Shown: piece after piece, positions 37,701 through 47,097 of the stretch
How positions within the stretch are numbered: the first letter of the stretch is position 1
Layout of the letters: the number at the start of each line of letters is the position of its first letter
Virus record (IMG/VR): IMGVR_UViG_3300031566_004355
Strand: one strand, 5' to 3'
Source of the DNA: an uncultured virus (IMG/VR IMGVR_UViG_3300031566_004355)
Lineage: Duplodnaviria > Heunggongvirae > Uroviricota > Caudoviricetes
Length of the DNA stretch: 64,000 nt
Notes under the pieces: model-generated
What the model was told of the DNA's origin: nothing
Seen by the model: only the letters and a program-made list of their open reading frames with translations
The model's database searches: none
Position numbers and translations under genes: made by a program

Positions 37701-40700
37701 ATCTGAATTACTCGAGCCTACGCAAACCGCGCCCGCTTTCTTAGAAGTAATGGGGTTGCGAAGTCTCACATCCTACGATGTTCCAGCACAGTTTCATGGG
37801 AGCGCTTCGGCAGCCTTCGAGAGTGTACCCGGAATGACTCCTGCTAAAGCACAAGCACTTCTGGTCTACCTGAACCGGAACCCAGACGTAACGGTCGGCG
37901 GGAGCGTATCCATGGTCGCGAACGGGTTCAGGGGAATCGAGCCCCACGACCTCGACATGGTCGTAGCAGGCGACGATGCTCGGGTAGCTCAAGTGCGTAG
38001 GGACTTGGATGGCATTCTAGGTTCGGGGGTCTCTAGGGATGTTAAGAGGCTAGGTCAGTACGCTCCTCCGCCGTATAGTCTTGCGGCGGATATTCCTCTA
38101 CCCGTAGTAATTGATGGCGTGAGGTTCGTGCCGGCAGGCGAGCTAGTAGGAAACTTATTGTCGACCGTTGCGTCACCCGGTCTTGAAGGCTGGATGGGTC
38201 CGGGTGCTGAGACCTTGCCTCGCAGCGACTTTCCCGAAGTTAGAGTGGGGACGCACGAGGGCCGAGTTCCTGACTACTACAAGTTGAAGACTTTAGCCAG
38301 TCAGATTGCAACACAGTTGGAGTCCCAAGGACACACGGCAGAGGCTCAAGCGGTGACAGCACACTTACAGGCCTACGAAGATTGGCTAAGGACCTTCGAG
38401 ACCGAGGGTCTCGAGACACTTCCACCCAGCGAAGCGGCCCAACTACGGGCGGACGTCTTGGCGCTCGTACGTGATGCACAGTACCAACTCCTAGAACAGG
38501 GTAAGGGTGTTGTGGTATTAGACCCCAAAGGGCGGTGGGTAGTTGCCGTGGCGGCTTCGCCTGCTAACGAGGTTATGCCGGGTGCCGTGATTATGGCTAC
38601 GGGGGATATTAGACCCAACATTGAGATGGCTAATACCCTCGGTAAGTTCAAGCCAACTGACCAGATGGTGTTCTTGTCGCCTAAGGCTGCCATGACGTAT
38701 GCTCGTGGTGAGGCACCTGGCCTAAACATCATTCTCACAGTTCCGTCGGTAGATATCGGGCCGGGAGGCATAGTCAAGGGGCTATTCAGGTACGAGACTG
38801 TAGAGCAGGCATTCGGGGGCGAGATGCAAGTAATTTACGACGAGTTGACGACGAGTGAGGAGTTCCTACCGACACCTAAGACCGCGCTGTCTTACGAGCT
38901 CGGCGTCGACACCGGAGTTATTAACATACTCGACTCCACTACGGGAAGGACCATACCAGCACTTGTTTGGAGGACTCCCGCAGCCGCCGCTAAGGGATTA
39001 GCTGCACCCTCTAAGGCGATAGCTTTGACCATGACCCACGTAGCTCTTAAGAGTGCTTTGCGCGGGCTACTGAAGCCTCACATGCACGACATAACACTGT
39101 CGGAGGTACCGGAAGCCGTGCGCACGGGTCTATTCTGGTTCGGTGACAAGCCATACGACTTGAGGCTTGCTACGGTAGACGACCTGCAGGGTGTTGCGAG
39201 TGTCGAAGTTCAGCGTGCCTTGACTCAAGCCGTCGAAGCTCTGCAACGTGAAGGGACGGCTTTAACTGAGAGGAACATTCTGAGCAAGGCCCAAGATATT
39301 CTTAGTACGGAAGTGGACGCAGCAAGCGTACCCACGATGATTACACAGGGTATGCAGACGAGACTCAAGACGTTAGGGCACTCTGATGCTGCTATTGCTA
39401 AGATGACGCCCCAAAACGCTTGGGACGTTTTGAATGCCGAAGGAGAGCCGTTCGTACCCAGTCCTCCAGAGACCGAGAGTGTTGTAGAGAGTGTCAGGGA
39501 CTTGGTAAGTGGCTTGGATACTAGGAGTCGTGCCCTGGTGGTCCGCGAGGCTACGACGGCGTACAGCGAGGCTATGAGGGCGGTCATTGACGAGTGGCAG
39601 AGGGGTGTGACATCCTTGCCAGATGCTCGTAAGCGGCTTTATTACCTTAATCTAGGATTATTGAGTCTGCGTCTCGCAGAGACTGCATTAGCTACGTCGT
39701 TACTCACTGCTAGAACGGGCGCGGGCTCGACGCTATTTCTACCTACTACGTCTTTGACAGGCACCTCGATAGGAGTCACGTCGGAAGTTGAGTCGATACT
39801 GTTTGGTACAACATCGGGAGTGTCTGGACCTGAGACGCTCGTAGCGGAAGTTACGTCGCCACTCACTGTACCGACGCTCAGTACCACCCCAATAGGAACT
39901 GACGTTACTACGTCGCTACCTACACTACCCACAACGTCGCCTACTGTACCTCCAACTTCGCTTGTTACCGGCGGAACGGTGCCGGGCACGCCCGTTTTGA
40001 CTCCGCCACCTACGTTACCGAAGGGACGTCCTCCAGTTACGCGGGGTGCTACGGAACAACTGCGAAAGGCGTACGAGCAGGGTGAGCCCATTCTGCTTTG
40101 GCGCCAGGGCGAGCTCAGTAACAAGGACGTGTGGAAGGCAGTATTAGACCCCGAGAACCAGAAGAACTTGCTGACGGTCGTAGGAACTGAGAAGTTACCT
40201 GTGGAACCAGCGAAGTATGCTACTGGTCCGGGAAGTGCGCGTGCAACACTACAGTGGATAGGTACAGGACCCAAGTTTGCAGGCTCCGCTGACCTCGGAA
40301 TCGTTGACGTCTTTTGGGGTGTGGAGGGTACGAACCTGAGATTCAAGGGCAAGGGCCTAGAGACCATTGTGGGTGAGCGCATAGATTCGCCGACGATAGG
40401 CATCAGCATTCCCGAGAAGGGTCAGCGAAAGTTCGGCACAACGTTTGCAGAGGCTCTAGCGTACGAGCCGGTAGACGAGGCCCAGAGAGACTTCATAGAG
40501 CAACAGATACAGAAGATGCTCCCGAACATGAGTTCCGAGGAGATTGCACGAGAAATGAAGGCCGTCAACCTGCCCGAGGAGCGCGCTGGGGAGATACTTT
40601 CGTACATCCCTGACCAACAGCGTAACGTCGTGCGCGCCTTGCTAAAGCCCAAGTACTACACTAAAGTGGGTTCGGGTTTCGAGTTCGCGAAGACCTCAGC

Positions 40701-40908
40701 ACGGCCGGCGTCTTCGGAACTAGTAGCCCAGGTATTTAATGGAGAGATAGTCGACGAGCCTATGGGTCCTGAGGAGGAGAAGGCTCTGTACTCTGAAAGT
40801 GAGCTTGCACAGTTGAGGTCGGAAGCGCTGTCTAAAGTTAAGTCCACGCTTCCTCTCTCTGAGGAGCAAGAAGTCGCGGCAATGTTGTTGGAGGTAAAAG
40901 GACTATGA
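34789..40908 (+). CDS. 2039-aa multidomain protein with central TM segments and a nucleotidyltransferase-like motif
   Basis: VGGSVSM..GFRGIEPHDLDMVV (GS..DxD); hydrophobic segments; Pro/Thr-rich linker. Confidence 0.75.
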   Translation: MIRRHDSRDNTLLVQSSVTSTPEQRRPGIQDVEAQGVQGVQGRGPGRPHAVHWDDVLSSATVYAQQGVDANVLVQLIRESNLRSEGETGFVLSQVVSAEVLDTLTAEHRSWYDQQIVEMTRVLEEAQKNVQKRIASLKARGGYTSSDIQRIKTSEYPKWSARYKTADKALVGLVAKGGKGAVATEQAGAFARIRAKTAGVDLGDLSEQDVAQLKLASGADVLRQAADLGLSSGQLAAAIGGARGKTLGTLLELEPYKIEAEDVPEGVPEVILRATPEELHRIEEAATSGVCVGAMRAYYTIQTCRAVLRDGSFIYVEALSVADAEQKAKDAGYDVVWTTWMSARPYDEWKGATASEPPEDAGPLASTEDLPVTPETTYRAEPLPIPPDTEYDILQVVGAAQRGEVPMDDLKRVFGADVVEATLQGWNALSPEYQEVVMAQGTDVLRQTMQASMPSEYQEIAEADGLEVAIAAYSNALEASETAQQTIQDFAMERGLASDDLVSLYYAGVGVDTLRQAYPGNSEYFGNLERVLDAIVSTVEVKETPGTFWTVEGAPTPVTHAPDYVGAVALGLVTVDDIGLLGYDSQVCTGIGNAVSGIQTIVAKFDAGVQLTPHPYPLGSGTYEATNLTRAEMTDLTTAFREAGVPFFDASSEVSEIEQAAQAWREELTSEDKIRVARVLVSYPALGRPLVSLHRALSTPTAGEATMSRIANSLLAAPVSAVMTPFVKDMTAGELREQLGPYATIGAEDKETSFDITKFLEDNPYDAPLLLRGGFAPEEVERAQEGEQVNTMPQGATPLDWVIMGAVVASFALPGLRHGMMAVLGTKGPLHFVTAGHFYRSAAATVLYQSLAIGETALKWGFPVGLTAADLIYWKDWTIEQKAIAGIFTGLAWLPVVGTLFRTARTGTQYARAALSRGPTVPGRALTTGYYDLYPIQVPRSFFADLPLEVRVQIRTIVTSNMAPEAQIKAISELLEPTQTAPAFLEVMGLRSLTSYDVPAQFHGSASAAFESVPGMTPAKAQALLVYLNRNPDVTVGGSVSMVANGFRGIEPHDLDMVVAGDDARVAQVRRDLDGILGSGVSRDVKRLGQYAPPPYSLAADIPLPVVIDGVRFVPAGELVGNLLSTVASPGLEGWMGPGAETLPRSDFPEVRVGTHEGRVPDYYKLKTLASQIATQLESQGHTAEAQAVTAHLQAYEDWLRTFETEGLETLPPSEAAQLRADVLALVRDAQYQLLEQGKGVVVLDPKGRWVVAVAASPANEVMPGAVIMATGDIRPNIEMANTLGKFKPTDQMVFLSPKAAMTYARGEAPGLNIILTVPSVDIGPGGIVKGLFRYETVEQAFGGEMQVIYDELTTSEEFLPTPKTALSYELGVDTGVINILDSTTGRTIPALVWRTPAAAAKGLAAPSKAIALTMTHVALKSALRGLLKPHMHDITLSEVPEAVRTGLFWFGDKPYDLRLATVDDLQGVASVEVQRALTQAVEALQREGTALTERNILSKAQDILSTEVDAASVPTMITQGMQTRLKTLGHSDAAIAKMTPQNAWDVLNAEGEPFVPSPPETESVVESVRDLVSGLDTRSRALVVREATTAYSEAMRAVIDEWQRGVTSLPDARKRLYYLNLGLLSLRLAETALATSLLTARTGAGSTLFLPTTSLTGTSIGVTSEVESILFGTTSGVSGPETLVAEVTSPLTVPTLSTTPIGTDVTTSLPTLPTTSPTVPPTSLVTGGTVPGTPVLTPPPTLPKGRPPVTRGATEQLRKAYEQGEPILLWRQGELSNKDVWKAVLDPENQKNLLTVVGTEKLPVEPAKYATGPGSARATLQWIGTGPKFAGSADLGIVDVFWGVEGTNLRFKGKGLETIVGERIDSPTIGISIPEKGQRKFGTTFAEALAYEPVDEAQRDFIEQQIQKMLPNMSSEEIAREMKAVNLPEERAGEILSYIPDQQRNVVRALLKPKYYTKVGSGFEFAKTSARPASSELVAQVFNGEIVDEPMGPEEEKALYSESELAQLRSEALSKVKSTLPLSEEQEVAAMLLEVKGL

Positions 40909-41144
40909 ATGTACACTTGAAGTACTGTATATTAGCAGCCTGCGGCATCGCAGCTTCGGTGCTGCTTGGGTTGTTTGTTGACAGTAACGCGTACATAGTG
41001 TCGGCTATATGTACTGTATGGTGCGTGTACTACTTTGTTGTGTGGCTAGCGCGTACCCCTATCAAGCCTAAGTTGACATCTGAAGAGGTTTTCAGGAGCT
41101 TTCACGAAGATGACTCAGACCAGTCCAGTACTAAAGAGAGTTGA
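40905..41144 (+). CDS. Small 2-TM membrane protein
   Basis: ATGA overlap; two hydrophobic helices. Confidence 0.55.
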   Translation: MNVHLKYCILAACGIAASVLLGLFVDSNAYIVSAICTVWCVYYFVVWLARTPIKPKLTSEEVFRSFHEDDSDQSSTKES

Positions 41145-41466
41145 GCGTCGGCTCAGTAGACTGAGCAAGAAGACCTACAAGAATGCTGCTCCGCACACCT
41201 ACGGCCAGAAGTGGTTTTACCCTTACGGGTTCAAGGAGGTACGGAACTACCGTAAGGAGTTGGTCACAAAGCTCTATGTAGATGGACCGTTTGCAGCTAA
41301 GAGGGAAGCTGAGCTTAGGCTTGACGAGTTAAAGCTCGATATGGGTGACATCTATGAGAGTGAACACCGTGACCCTAACAGAGCTAAGAAGGAAATAGCT
41401 GAGAAGCTGAACAAAGACCATAAGTTGCCGGTCGAGGTCGCGACCCAACGAAAGTACAGGAAGTAA
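41110..41466 (+). CDS. Basic hypothetical protein
   Basis: 118-aa ORF in operon. Confidence 0.55.
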   Translation: MTQTSPVLKRVERRLSRLSKKTYKNAAPHTYGQKWFYPYGFKEVRNYRKELVTKLYVDGPFAAKREAELRLDELKLDMGDIYESEHRDPNRAKKEIAEKLNKDHKLPVEVATQRKYRK

Positions 41467-41482
41467 ATGAAGGAGGTTTTGA

Positions 41483-42076
41483 ATGAGTCCATGGCTAGAG
41501 GGAATATGGGCCCTGGCAAAGGTTTTCGGGGCCGTTCTCGGTGTAATGGCTATCGGTCTGCTGGTCCTAGTAATCTTTATAGATATATGGGCCAAGAGGA
41601 CGACTGCCGGCAAGTTCTGTTGCTTCTTCCTAGAGCAGAAGCACCTGTTTAGTCGCCTTTTGAAGGAAGATGGTGGAAAGGTGTATATGGGTAGGGGCGA
41701 GAACAAGGAGGAGTACCTTCTCGACCCCCGGAGACAGTTCTGGGCGTACTGGCCTGCTGGATTGCCTGCCGCGTTGCAGGTAGCTGTGCGGGCGCACTTC
41801 TACGTAAGGCATAGTCCAGACCCCTGGGACCCTGAGGACACCGAGTCGCTTATCAGTGCTAGGTCTCTCCGGATAATCTCGGACGAGGCGATGCTAAGGA
41901 CAACTTGGCGAGACGTTCGAGATAGTGCTAGTCCTCGCGCGGGCGTAGCCGCTGGGTTGCCCTCGTGGGCGCTGGCGCTTTTGCTTGCTAGTACCGCGCT
42001 AACTGGAATTGCGCTATACATGTTGATGGGAGTGCAGAAGAATGTTAACTTGCTCATGCAGATGTTTGGAGGTTAA
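41483..42076 (+). CDS. Membrane protein (N- and C-terminal TM) upstream of the ATPase
   Basis: SD AAGGAGGT; two TM helices. Confidence 0.65.
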   Translation: MSPWLEGIWALAKVFGAVLGVMAIGLLVLVIFIDIWAKRTTAGKFCCFFLEQKHLFSRLLKEDGGKVYMGRGENKEEYLLDPRRQFWAYWPAGLPAALQVAVRAHFYVRHSPDPWDPEDTESLISARSLRIISDEAMLRTTWRDVRDSASPRAGVAAGLPSWALALLLASTALTGIALYMLMGVQKNVNLLMQMFGG

Positions 42077-42078
42077 GC

Positions 42079-42426
42079 ATGTCTAATGGTGGAGCTAAGC
42101 TAACTCGAGAGAAGATTCTCGATTTCATACGTCGCAAAACCGAGGAGCAGGACACTACTCCTTACGTAGTGAAGGCTCTCTTTGGAGACGACCTGTCCTT
42201 GGTTACCGAGACTCACGGACGTATGATAATTCCAAAGGTGCGTATGCGATTGCTCCTAGCGGCCATGGATCCAACCCGTGAGGAGCCACTAATCAGTGTG
42301 TTTCTGCGGGAGTACAATAAGGAGATGGTAAACTTCGAGCGAAAGGGTCGTCTCGAACTACTGGGTGCGCTCCAGGCGCTTGTAGCAGAGGGTGAAGAAG
42401 AGCGTGCAGTAAGTATGGGAAAGTAA
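42079..42426 (+). CDS. Hypothetical protein upstream of the ATPase
   Basis: SD GGAGGT; 115 aa. Confidence 0.6.
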   Translation: MSNGGAKLTREKILDFIRRKTEEQDTTPYVVKALFGDDLSLVTETHGRMIIPKVRMRLLLAAMDPTREEPLISVFLREYNKEMVNFERKGRLELLGALQALVAEGEEERAVSMGK

Positions 42427-42427
42427 A

Positions 42428-43201
42428 ATGTCTTTAGGTAGTCCGCCCACAATCATACAACCCACAGACATCGAAGAGCTCTCCGATGAAGAGCTGTTGA
42501 TGATTGCCGAAGCCTTCCTGCATATCGAACGTGAGGAGCGGGAGGAGAAGCTTGCACGCCTGGTCGAGCAAGCTATTTTGATTGAGGGCAAGAAGGGCCG
42601 AGGAAAGAGTCTAGTGGCTCTAGCCATTGCATGGTGGCTGCGAGAGCTATTCAATCGTCCAGTCATCACTATCGGTTCCAAGATGGGACTAAAGCCCAGC
42701 TTCGGGCCACACTTAGTAATGAGTGAAATGGCTTTTAGGGACGAGCTGATGCAGCTGTCCATTGTAGCCAATGAGAACGATAATGCTGAGGCGGTTGCCA
42801 AGGCCTTCGAGAAGTACGGCATTAACATTCTCTACGCCACGCTCATCTTTGATGAGTCCTACAAGTTGTTCAACGCTCGTAACCCCATGGAGAAGCTCAT
42901 TCAGCTCTTTGGGTTCTTCATAGCACAGTCTCGGCACTACCATGTCACGACGATGCTGTTAACACCCGACAGAAGCATGCTTGACGGTAAGAGGGTCCGG
43001 CCTCAGATGGATTGGAACGGTCGAGTCTATCACAACAAGTATACTAACAAAGCGAGGCTGCGTCTCATCTCAGGTATAGAGACAATGACTGTCACGGTCG
43101 ATGGCAGAAATGACCCAAGTCCTGAAATGCCCTTCTACGATATGTACGATTCGTGGGCACTGCTCGGAATGCTTCCGAGCCAACTCAACATAAAGACTTA
43201 A
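42428..43201 (+). CDS. Zot-like (FtsK/HerA superfamily) morphogenesis or packaging ATPase
   Basis: Walker A IEGKKGRGKS, Walker B LIFDES, QSRH, LD.KRVR. Confidence 0.8.
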   Translation: MSLGSPPTIIQPTDIEELSDEELLMIAEAFLHIEREEREEKLARLVEQAILIEGKKGRGKSLVALAIAWWLRELFNRPVITIGSKMGLKPSFGPHLVMSEMAFRDELMQLSIVANENDNAEAVAKAFEKYGINILYATLIFDESYKLFNARNPMEKLIQLFGFFIAQSRHYHVTTMLLTPDRSMLDGKRVRPQMDWNGRVYHNKYTNKARLRLISGIETMTVTVDGRNDPSPEMPFYDMYDSWALLGMLPSQLNIKT

Positions 43202-43213
43202 GGAGGCAATACT

Positions 43214-43414
43214 ATGTATATACTCGCGACCGAACCATCGAAGGACGGGACGCTGTCCGACGCCTTCGATGCAGTCGATAACGCATATGGAACCGGCGAG
43301 TTCGCGGAAGAACAAGCAGTAAGTGCGATTGCTCTGGGTATGACAGTCGACGACACCCGAGCTTCGCAGCTGTTTAAGAACTTGGTTGACCGAGGATTCG
43401 TATCGGAGGTATGA
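43214..43414 (+). CDS. Small winged-helix-like protein
   Basis: C-terminal A..LF..LVDRGFV; similar to 43411 and 60567 proteins. Confidence 0.55.
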   Translation: MYILATEPSKDGTLSDAFDAVDNAYGTGEFAEEQAVSAIALGMTVDDTRASQLFKNLVDRGFVSEV

Positions 43415-43641
43415 TGGCAGGTAGTTTCAAGTTGACGGCATCGGGCGAAACCCGAGCCTTGAAAATTAAGCAGGTTCAAAATCCTGAGGACGCTGTTGTG
43501 TCGTTCATGTACGAGAACACTACCGGCGAGCACACTACCGTAGAGTTCGAAGAGATTCTCGACGAGACTCAGATGGACGACGAAGCAGCGCGCAAGGTTA
43601 TGGACCGACTAGCACGTAGGGGCTTCGTAGCAGAAGTCTAA
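43411..43641 (+). CDS. Small winged-helix-like protein
   Basis: EEI...T.MDDEAARKVMDRLARRGFV. Confidence 0.6.
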   Translation: MMAGSFKLTASGETRALKIKQVQNPEDAVVSFMYENTTGEHTTVEFEEILDETQMDDEAARKVMDRLARRGFVAEV

Positions 43642-43652
43642 AAGGACGGGAC

Positions 43653-46394
43653 ATGAAAAAGAGAGTATTGAACAAGTTTCTATTAACGTTCCTGATAATC
43701 GCAATAGTTATGCTTGGGCTGGGTTGTAGCTCTAGTGACCCTTATACCGAAACAGCCTACTTTGAGGAACTGTGGACAAAGAACATTAGTGACAGTTGGG
43801 TTCGACTGCCAGCTTCTGCTGGAGGAGGAGGCGGTCTATGGAAAGTTGATGGCTCAGAGACTCAGCTTATAACTCCTGACGAAGTGGACATGCAAGGTCT
43901 CAGAATTACTAATGTCCTTGACCCCGCTCTTGCCCAAGACGCAGCTACCAAGAAGTATGTTGATGACAACGGAGGAATAGCAGAACATGGCAATGAGTAT
44001 CATAATCCTGATTTTGCCACAGAAGCAGCCTTGACGACACTGCAAGGTACTGTCAGCACTCACACAACAGCAATATCCAATTTAGAGACGGGCTTAACTA
44101 CTCATGTGTCAGCCACTACTGGAATACATGGTGTAGGCGGCTCTACGGTCGAAAGCGCTGCTGGCTCTCAGGCTAAAGTAGATGCACACAAGAACCTCAC
44201 TACAGGTGTTCACGGGGTAACCGGAACTATAGCAGACGTATCTGACATAGCAGTAGATGCTAATTTGTCTGCTGCTGGTCAAGATGCAATAGCAGCTACT
44301 CATACTCAAGGTACTGATACCACACTAGGTGCACAAGCGGAAAATCTCGATATGGGTGGGTTCGCAATTACTGCTGTTGGGAATGTGGATGGAGTAGATG
44401 TTAGTGGACTAAGCAGCACGGTATCTGGGCATACTACAGCCATAGGGACTTTACAAGGTTTATCTCATACTCAAGGCACAGACACGGCATTAGGAGCAGT
44501 CGGAACTAAAAACCCTCCCATTGATGCGGACAAGGTCTTATATAGAGACAGCACAAGCTCCGACGCTCTCGTTACCTCTACTTGGACTCAAATCAAGGCG
44601 TTTCTCAAAACATACCTTGATACCGTATATGCCACCCTATCTGCTTTAACTAACCATGAGGCAGATACTTCTACTCATGGTGCGGCGGACATAGCAGACG
44701 TATCCGACATAGCGATAGATGCTAACTTGTCTGCTGCTGGTCAAGATGCAATAGCCAAGAAGCACACTCAAGGTGCAGATACATCACTGGGGATTCAGGT
44801 TGCAAACCTTGACATGGGTGGGTTTGCCATTACCAGTGTCGGCAACGTTGACGGGGTAGATGTAAGTGGATTAAGCAGCACAGTAGGGACGCATACAACC
44901 GCAATATCAGGGCTAGATACCAGGCTCACAACAGCTGAAGGGAGTATTGCTACTCTAATATCAGACCTAGACACCGCAGAGGCTGCTATCGTTACGGCTG
45001 AGGCTGATATTGATACTTTGGAATCAGACTTGACAACGCATGAGGCTGATACTTCTACTCATGGTGCTGTAGATATAGCAGACGTGTCAGATATAGCGAT
45101 AGATACCAACTTATCTACTGCGGCTCAGGATACAATAACTGCGAAGCACACACAAGGCACAGACACCACACTAGGCACTCTGACAGCAGATGTAAACTTT
45201 GCTAGCTACATGGCTGTTGCTATGGTTTGCGATAGTGGTGCTGTCATGCCTATCGATCCTGGCAACGGACAGTGGTTTCTTCAGACTGGCATAGGACGAA
45301 CTATTCTGTATCAATATAGTGGTGCATGGCTTCCGGTGTTCTCTGTTGGAACTATGACTGTCTATGTGGATTCGAGTGATGGCACAGACGACTTGAATCA
45401 TGGTTCGGGAGTGGATTCAAATGCCTTTGCCACGGTGCAATATGCGATTGATTGTATTCCTGGCGTATTTGGTGGTAATGTAATAATCAGTGTAAATGAT
45501 GAAACTTACGTTGAGACAGTTACTATTCAGGGTAAGAATGCAATAGGAAATTATGCAATCACACTCCAGGGAACACTCATTGTTCATGCTACATATAGTC
45601 AGGAATCGGCAGTTAAGGGAGTAGGTGCAACAATGGGAAGCATTACTGACACTGGAGCATTCACAGGACATAGTGAGGACCTGTTATATTCCTCTAGCAA
45701 TGATGAATATAGGGTAATAGATAGTGCTACTGCCAATGTAGGTACTATTGTTGGGTATTGGACAGCAGTACCAAGTGGTTCCTATACGATTTGCCAGTGG
45801 GGAACCACAATAAATAGGCTTGTTCTTGAAGATGGGCAATTAGCTATTCAAGTTAAGGATATTTATATTCAGGGTAATGGGGAAAGCACCACGGCACCAA
45901 TGTTATCACCTGGAATGGGAAGTTCGGTTGTATTATACAGGTGTAAACTATCCCATGCCACAGACAGAGCTCTATGGACTAATACTGGAAGGGCAATTCT
46001 TTACCAATGTTTATTGTCAAGTGCGAATAGTCGAACCGTAGTTTCATCACAATCTGGATATGTTGAAATGAATGGCTGTAAAGTCAACAACAAGCTAGAC
46101 TCTGGGCAGTGTATAGAAGTTAGATATGGAGCGCAGTGTTTAGTGGGTTATTCTGTTGTCGATCAACCTTGTGTACTTGACGGAACAGCAGGAGTGAATA
46201 AGGCTTTATATGGAATTAACTGCCACGGTAATGGTTATACATCTTGTGAGAATCGATACAATATCATTAGGAATTGTGATACTGGAATATATGCCTATAG
46301 TGGGGGTATGGTTGAATACACTGCCAATAATCAATACAGTGGCAACACTGCTGATGAGACTCCCATAGCAGCAAGTTTTGGGTACATAGACTAA
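43653..46394 (+). CDS. Lipid-anchored fibre or adhesin with repeats and C-terminal beta-helix-like head
   Basis: Lipobox LGLGC; DAATKKYVD fibre motif; HTQGTDTxLG repeats; coiled coil; YVDSSDGTD..G...AF.TVQ.AID pectin-lyase-like start. Confidence 0.75.
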   Translation: MKKRVLNKFLLTFLIIAIVMLGLGCSSSDPYTETAYFEELWTKNISDSWVRLPASAGGGGGLWKVDGSETQLITPDEVDMQGLRITNVLDPALAQDAATKKYVDDNGGIAEHGNEYHNPDFATEAALTTLQGTVSTHTTAISNLETGLTTHVSATTGIHGVGGSTVESAAGSQAKVDAHKNLTTGVHGVTGTIADVSDIAVDANLSAAGQDAIAATHTQGTDTTLGAQAENLDMGGFAITAVGNVDGVDVSGLSSTVSGHTTAIGTLQGLSHTQGTDTALGAVGTKNPPIDADKVLYRDSTSSDALVTSTWTQIKAFLKTYLDTVYATLSALTNHEADTSTHGAADIADVSDIAIDANLSAAGQDAIAKKHTQGADTSLGIQVANLDMGGFAITSVGNVDGVDVSGLSSTVGTHTTAISGLDTRLTTAEGSIATLISDLDTAEAAIVTAEADIDTLESDLTTHEADTSTHGAVDIADVSDIAIDTNLSTAAQDTITAKHTQGTDTTLGTLTADVNFASYMAVAMVCDSGAVMPIDPGNGQWFLQTGIGRTILYQYSGAWLPVFSVGTMTVYVDSSDGTDDLNHGSGVDSNAFATVQYAIDCIPGVFGGNVIISVNDETYVETVTIQGKNAIGNYAITLQGTLIVHATYSQESAVKGVGATMGSITDTGAFTGHSEDLLYSSSNDEYRVIDSATANVGTIVGYWTAVPSGSYTICQWGTTINRLVLEDGQLAIQVKDIYIQGNGESTTAPMLSPGMGSSVVLYRCKLSHATDRALWTNTGRAILYQCLLSSANSRTVVSSQSGYVEMNGCKVNNKLDSGQCIEVRYGAQCLVGYSVVDQPCVLDGTAGVNKALYGINCHGNGYTSCENRYNIIRNCDTGIYAYSGGMVEYTANNQYSGNTADETPIAASFGYID
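44229..45139 (+). repeat. Three imperfect intragenic repeats (IADVSDIAxDxNLSxAxQDxI)
   Basis: About 65-nt units starting ATAGCAGACGT at 44229, 44691 and 45075. Confidence 0.8.
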
Positions 46395-46413
46395 AAATAA
46401 AGGAGGTGAACAA

Positions 46414-47097
46414 ATGAAAAGGCAAATAGTAGGAATCTTAGTTGCGGTGGCTCTAATATGTGGGGTGATTGCCTGCACACCACTAGCACAGCTTTTTGAC
46501 TCAATGGTGGTACTCAGTGCAGAATCATTGAACACGACTCCAGTGGAGGGGAACATAATGGCTGTGTTCTATACCATAGCCACTGTAGAGGGGAAGCACC
46601 AAGCTCTATTTTGGGTTGCAGATGCCCAAATAATAGATAGAGGTGATGGTAAGTGGGATGTTATAAGCCCACAGCGCGAAGTAAGAGGCGTAAATCAAGC
46701 GTTGGTGGATTATGGTCTTTACAAGTATAAGGCACTGCCAGACTTAGATAGTGCCACATATTATTTGGAAGACCTTGACTTACAGGCTATAACCTGGGAA
46801 GATTTGAAGAAGTCTATGCACGCCGCTGGGTTAATAGATGTTTACCTTGTAAATGGTAAACCGAGGGCAACAGTTCGGCGTTTTTATATGAGTAAAATGT
46901 ACGATATTCCGAATTGCCGTGTTAGTCAATCAGCCTATGACAATTTCATTGATGGGAAGATTAAAGTTTATAACGATACTTATGGTTGGTTAGCCCCCGA
47001 GAACGAGGATTGCTTTGTGGCGGTTTATTTCATGTCGGAGACACCATTTGATAATGAATTGATGATACCCGTTATCATTGATAAGGTTATAAAGTAG
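46414..47097 (+). CDS. Putative lipoprotein
   Basis: SD AAGGAGGTG; signal peptide ending GVIAC. Confidence 0.6.
   Translation: MKRQIVGILVAVALICGVIACTPLAQLFDSMVVLSAESLNTTPVEGNIMAVFYTIATVEGKHQALFWVADAQIIDRGDGKWDVISPQREVRGVNQALVDYGLYKYKALPDLDSATYYLEDLDLQAITWEDLKKSMHAAGLIDVYLVNGKPRATVRRFYMSKMYDIPNCRVSQSAYDNFIDGKIKVYNDTYGWLAPENEDCFVAVYFMSETPFDNELMIPVIIDKVIK

Noticed and set aside
30319..43201. Conjugative element (pilin plus ATPase)
   Set aside because: No VirB4, coupling protein or relaxase recognised; the ATPase is short and Zot-like and the surrounding gene set is viral. Not fully excluded
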